Source: Asterias rubens (lineage: Eukaryota). From it: a DNA stretch of 64,000 bases. Below the pieces are notes generated by a model. The model saw nothing but the letters and a program-made list of their open reading frames with translations. It did no database searches and was not told the DNA's origin. The stretch covers positions 12,648,001 through 12,712,000 of the forward strand of contig NC_047073.1 in the NCBI RefSeq assembly GCF_902459465.1, read 5' to 3'. Positions 61,601 through 64,000 of this stretch are shown piece by piece. The position numbers were made by a program, and so were the translations under genes. Position 1 is the stretch's first letter, and each line of letters opens with the position of its first letter.

Positions 61601-63463
61601 ACCGATGAATAGCAATAGTGATTTGTGTTAGTATATGCATAGTTTGACAGCTTCAACTCGTCATAATTTTGTCTCGGTCGATGGGACGCCATTTATAATA
61701 ATAATAATAATATTGTACAGCTTTTATATAGCGCTTCACACAAACGACCTCGAAGCGCTTTTAATACAAGAAAAACAACAATACAAAAGAAAAACTTCAT
61801 TACTTCATTACTTCAAAATATGTAACACTTACCAAAAGGCCACCTCGTTTTACTGTGACAGTAATAATTTCTCTAAATTGATTGATTTTCTGTAAAAGGG
61901 ACCAGTGTGACAGAGACGTAACCCAGAATCGTGAGCAGTGGCTTGATGGCTCCCAGTCACCAACAACCATAACTGGATTAGACCCTCACTCCACGTATCG
62001 TGTATACGTCACGCCTTCTAACAGTGCAGGAGCAGGGGAAGAAGTATCAGTGACAGTCAATACCAACAATACTGGTAGGTTTTTAAAACGGGTTTGTATG
62101 TTTTTGTTATAGTAAAGATTTGGGTTAATGAAGCTTCAATCATGAAAATAACTCTCTTTCTTTCTTTGAAAAAACGCCAAGGTTAGTAAAAAATTGTGGC
62201 AAAAGGGATGCAGAGGGGCAAGTGAAGGGGTAAGCTTTATCAAAAAATGTGTAGGGCACCTGAGCTTGCAGCTCTGTCTGAAATTGGCGCATTATAAATC
62301 TTTGTTCATATTATTATCTTCATTTATCAAGGGAAAAAATTGTTCACGGTATAGTGTGTAAATAATTTAATAAACACGGTTATGAAAGCATGTTACACGG
62401 GATAACAAATAAATTGAACGTTTTAAAAAACGTTACTTGAATGTATTGTCCGTAATTTCGAATGTATTGACGGTAATTATTCAAGTTTGTATTAATGTTT
62501 TTTTTTTTTTTTTTTCATTTTAGCACCTTCCGGTCCTCCAAGAGATTTGAAGTTTTTTGATGTTACCAACCAAACCATATCATTCTCATGGAAACGACCA
62601 GTGTGTGGTCAGCGTAACGGAATCATAACCCAGTATCATTACAGACTCATCGACAGTGAAGAGGAAGTACTCGAGGAAGATACAACCTCTAGTACTGGGA
62701 CAGAATTCACTGGCCTCGTTCCTTTTATGTCATACAATTTGTCAGTATCTGCAGAGAATCAGTTTGCTTCAGGACCAGTTGCTTCAATTACGACTCGAAC
62801 ACAAGAAGGAAGTAAGCAAAACAATGTCGTTTAATTTCTATCAGCCTATAATAACACTACACAAAGACGATAATTGTTTTTACTATTTTCAGTCACCAAC
62901 TGTGTAATATACAACTTGTGTACATAGCTTACTATTTTTTCTCTTATAAGTCTAGATGTAACAATAAATAACATCTCCTCCGACTGCCCCTTCCCAAACA
63001 TTCAGTTTATTCTCAGAATGTGAAGACATGATTTCCCCCAACATACCTGACCCCAAGAAACACACAAACACAAATTAATTACACAACGATGATGGCTTTG
63101 TCTTAATAGTTGAACCATTCTGGTGTACTTCATGTTTGCTTGAATATTTCTCTCACATATTATTATAGTGTGTGTTGCATATTAGTATAGTAGTACTGGA
63201 AGTATTTTTAACACGTCATTTCAGTTCCTCCGCCCCCAAGCAAAGTCATTTTTTCAGTTACGAGGAGCGACAGGATCACCGTAGCGTGGAACGCTCCTAG
63301 TCCTCCTCATGGCACCATCATCAGCTACGAGATCCGCTATTGGAAGACGGGGTCAGGGAACCAGACATCGGATGATACAGTGAAAATCACAAAGCAGCTT
63401 GCTAGTCGGGGCCAGACGAAGAGGATCTCTAGTTTGGAAGGGAGTATCAGTTACTCAGTCCAG
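43583..63463 (+). CDS. Gene 2: tandem paralog of gene 1 (Tie-like ectodomain RPTP), 3'-partial
   Basis: Signal exon 43583-43643; Ig1 46508-46843; Ig2 49443-49697; EGF 51491-51625, 52353-52511, 52873-53004, 53103-53237; FN3 54354-54647, 55151-55459, 56150-56434, 56873-57184, 57340-57636, 58664-58975, 59136-59420, 59984-60295, 60456-60740, 61144-61276 + 61899-62074, 62524-62811, 63225-63463. TM and PTP exons would lie beyond the window (inferred). Confidence 0.88.
44316..44640. mobile_element. Kolobok-type MITE family B
   Basis: TTAA|AGGAACATTACAG start and shared core; right end degenerate. Confidence 0.7.
45515..45911. mobile_element. Kolobok-type MITE family A (gene 2 intron 1)
   Basis: aggcagtggacactattggtaatt start; degenerate right TIR ending ctttaa. 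Confidence 0.8.
46149..46496. mobile_element. Kolobok-type MITE related to family A, inserted just upstream of the gene 2 Ig1 acceptor
   Basis: Gene 1 has the empty site gtttaacttgttttcag; gene 2 has TTAA|agggagggtacacgtttggtaatt...ttaccaaacatgtactttccct|caaa cttgttttcag. Confidence 0.85.
47706..47913. mobile_element. Family A MITE, orthologous to 1414-1620
   Basis: Same deleted structure at the same intronic position in both paralogs. Confidence 0.7.
49745..50175 (+). mobile_element. 3' fragment of an L2/CR1-group LINE
   Basis: Translates as NWIPV...ILLTFKALHGLA..Y...L.P...R.SLRSS..LYVP, then tggaactctctgcc (WNSLP); ends gcgctttacaaat plus a (tta)-rich tail. Confidence 0.8.
51855..52092. 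mobile_element. PIF/Harbinger-like MITE (238 bp)
   Basis: TIR GGCCCAATTTCATAGAGCTGCT / AGCAGCTCTATGAAATTGGGCC with 3-bp CTG duplication; diverged copy at about 42022-42250. Confidence 0.75.
53316..53431 (+). pseudogene. Gene 2 truncated EGF exon (acceptor kept, donor deleted)
   Basis: First 52 nt match gene 1 exon 9047-9098, then join sequence matching the gene 1 intron from 9746; read-through stops at TAG 53429-53431. Confidence 0.8.
55473..55985 (+). mobile_element. 5'-truncated RTE-clade LINE in a gene 2 intron
   Basis: ORF 55545-55844 YGSDTWT...LDGCYTKL.R...W..H.T...RLRLAGH...W.PKHG.RNRGR; (GA)n/G tail; absent from gene 1 intron at 11733; candidate TSD aagagtc/aagggtc. Confidence 0.85.
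57671..57998. mobile_element. Kolobok-type MITE family C, right end deleted
   Basis: TTAA|AGCCATTGGACCCTTTCGG start; body stops at a 13-bp tandem duplication and joins an FN3 exon interior. Confidence 0.8.
57998..58224 (+). pseudogene. Gene 2 FN3 pseudo-exon lacking its 5' end and acceptor
   Basis: Copy of the exon at 56150-56434 starting internally at (A)TGG GAG CTT CC; donor intact at 58225; fused directly to a truncated MITE. Confidence 0.85.
58270..60909 (+). repeat. 1320-bp tandem duplication carrying two FN3 exons
   Basis: Exons 58664/59984 and 59136/60456 are exactly 1320 nt apart and nearly identical; junction near 59589. Confidence 0.92.
61695..61765 (-). mobile_element. 3' tail of an L2-related LINE/SINE
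   Basis: Minus strand reads aagcgcttcgag...gtgaagcgctatataaaag...tattattattatt; part of an insert absent from gene 1. Confidence 0.6.
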
Positions 63464-63924
63464 GTAATTCACTGTGTCACTTGATTAAAAACACAAAACC
63501 GGTGTCGAATTGTTGACATCACACAATATTCTTTTTTTTCTGTTGAATATATATTTATTTTGTTTCATGCCGTTCAAACGTGCAAGGGTTAACTCTGCGG
63601 AGTGCCAGGAGTGTCGTAGCATTTTCACGAGTATAATTATTAACCTCAGCAATCAACTTGTGGCGATTTCTTAGTTTACGCATAGAGAAAGGACCATTAT
63701 GTAAGTCGACTTTAAGAAGAAACATTTTAATGAAAAATCGACTTTGAGATACAAATTGTCTGGACAAGTTGACACCTTAGTGTCAGTAAGTTGACCTTGA
63801 GAGTTAATTGTCAACCCAAATCGACATCATAGTGTTCATGTAAGTAAATTTGTAGATTTAAATCATCTCTTAAGCTTAATATGACACTCCTGCAAAGACA
63901 CCCGTTAAATTATAACTTATCCAA

Positions 63925-63968
63925 GTTTCCTGACGATGACTAGAGCAAGCTAGTCGAAACGTTGAGAC
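63925..63968 (+). ncRNA. Minimal type I hammerhead ribozyme motif of Penelope-like-element type
   Basis: CTGACGA core (63930-63936), stem II GACTAG/CTAGTC, GAAA, palindromic stem III AACGTT, GUU cleavage triplet, stem I GTTTC/GAGAC. It starts an insertion absent from gene 1 (ccaagttt|aatatc near 18378). Confidence 0.75.
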
Positions 63969-64000
63969 CAATTCAGAACTGACTCCGCGGCAGTACAGTT

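Noticed and set aside
43583-63463. Calling gene 2 a pseudogene
   Set aside because: All remaining exons are open with canonical splice sites, and both damaged exons can be skipped in frame; status needs the unseen 3' half and expression data.

Overview
AT-rich animal genomic DNA; an invertebrate deuterostome such as a sea star is my guess, which I cannot prove from this window. The ORF track mostly shows pieces of two large + strand multi-exon genes that I spliced by hand. Gene 1 has 45 coding exons (184-36462; signal-peptide exon upstream of the window; about 2,550 aa). It encodes a receptor tyrosine phosphatase whose ectodomain begins like Tie/angiopoietin receptors (Ig1-Ig2-EGF1-EGF2 with [11 protein letters not shown]), followed by six 44-aa EGF repeats, 11 FN3 domains, a juxtamembrane FN3-like domain, TM, an intact D1 ([10 protein letters not shown]), a degenerate D2 (HCIDGEGCSG) and a TIYENV tail. 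Gene 2 (43583 to beyond the window end) is a tandem paralog. It is near-identical in some blocks, only 56% identical in Ig2, and has different EGF and FN3 copy numbers produced by visible deletions, chimeric exons and a 1320-bp tandem duplication; its spliced product keeps a strict A/B alternation of Cys-bearing FN3 types. Introns carry many TTAA-flanked Kolobok-type MITEs, LINE and Tc1 fragments, a 2.3-kb TG...CA insertion inside a splice donor and, at the right edge, a Penelope-type minimal hammerhead ribozyme motif. Exon models come from GT-AG sites and reading-frame continuity only; there is no transcript evidence, and repeat-family names come from terminal signatures, not database searches.
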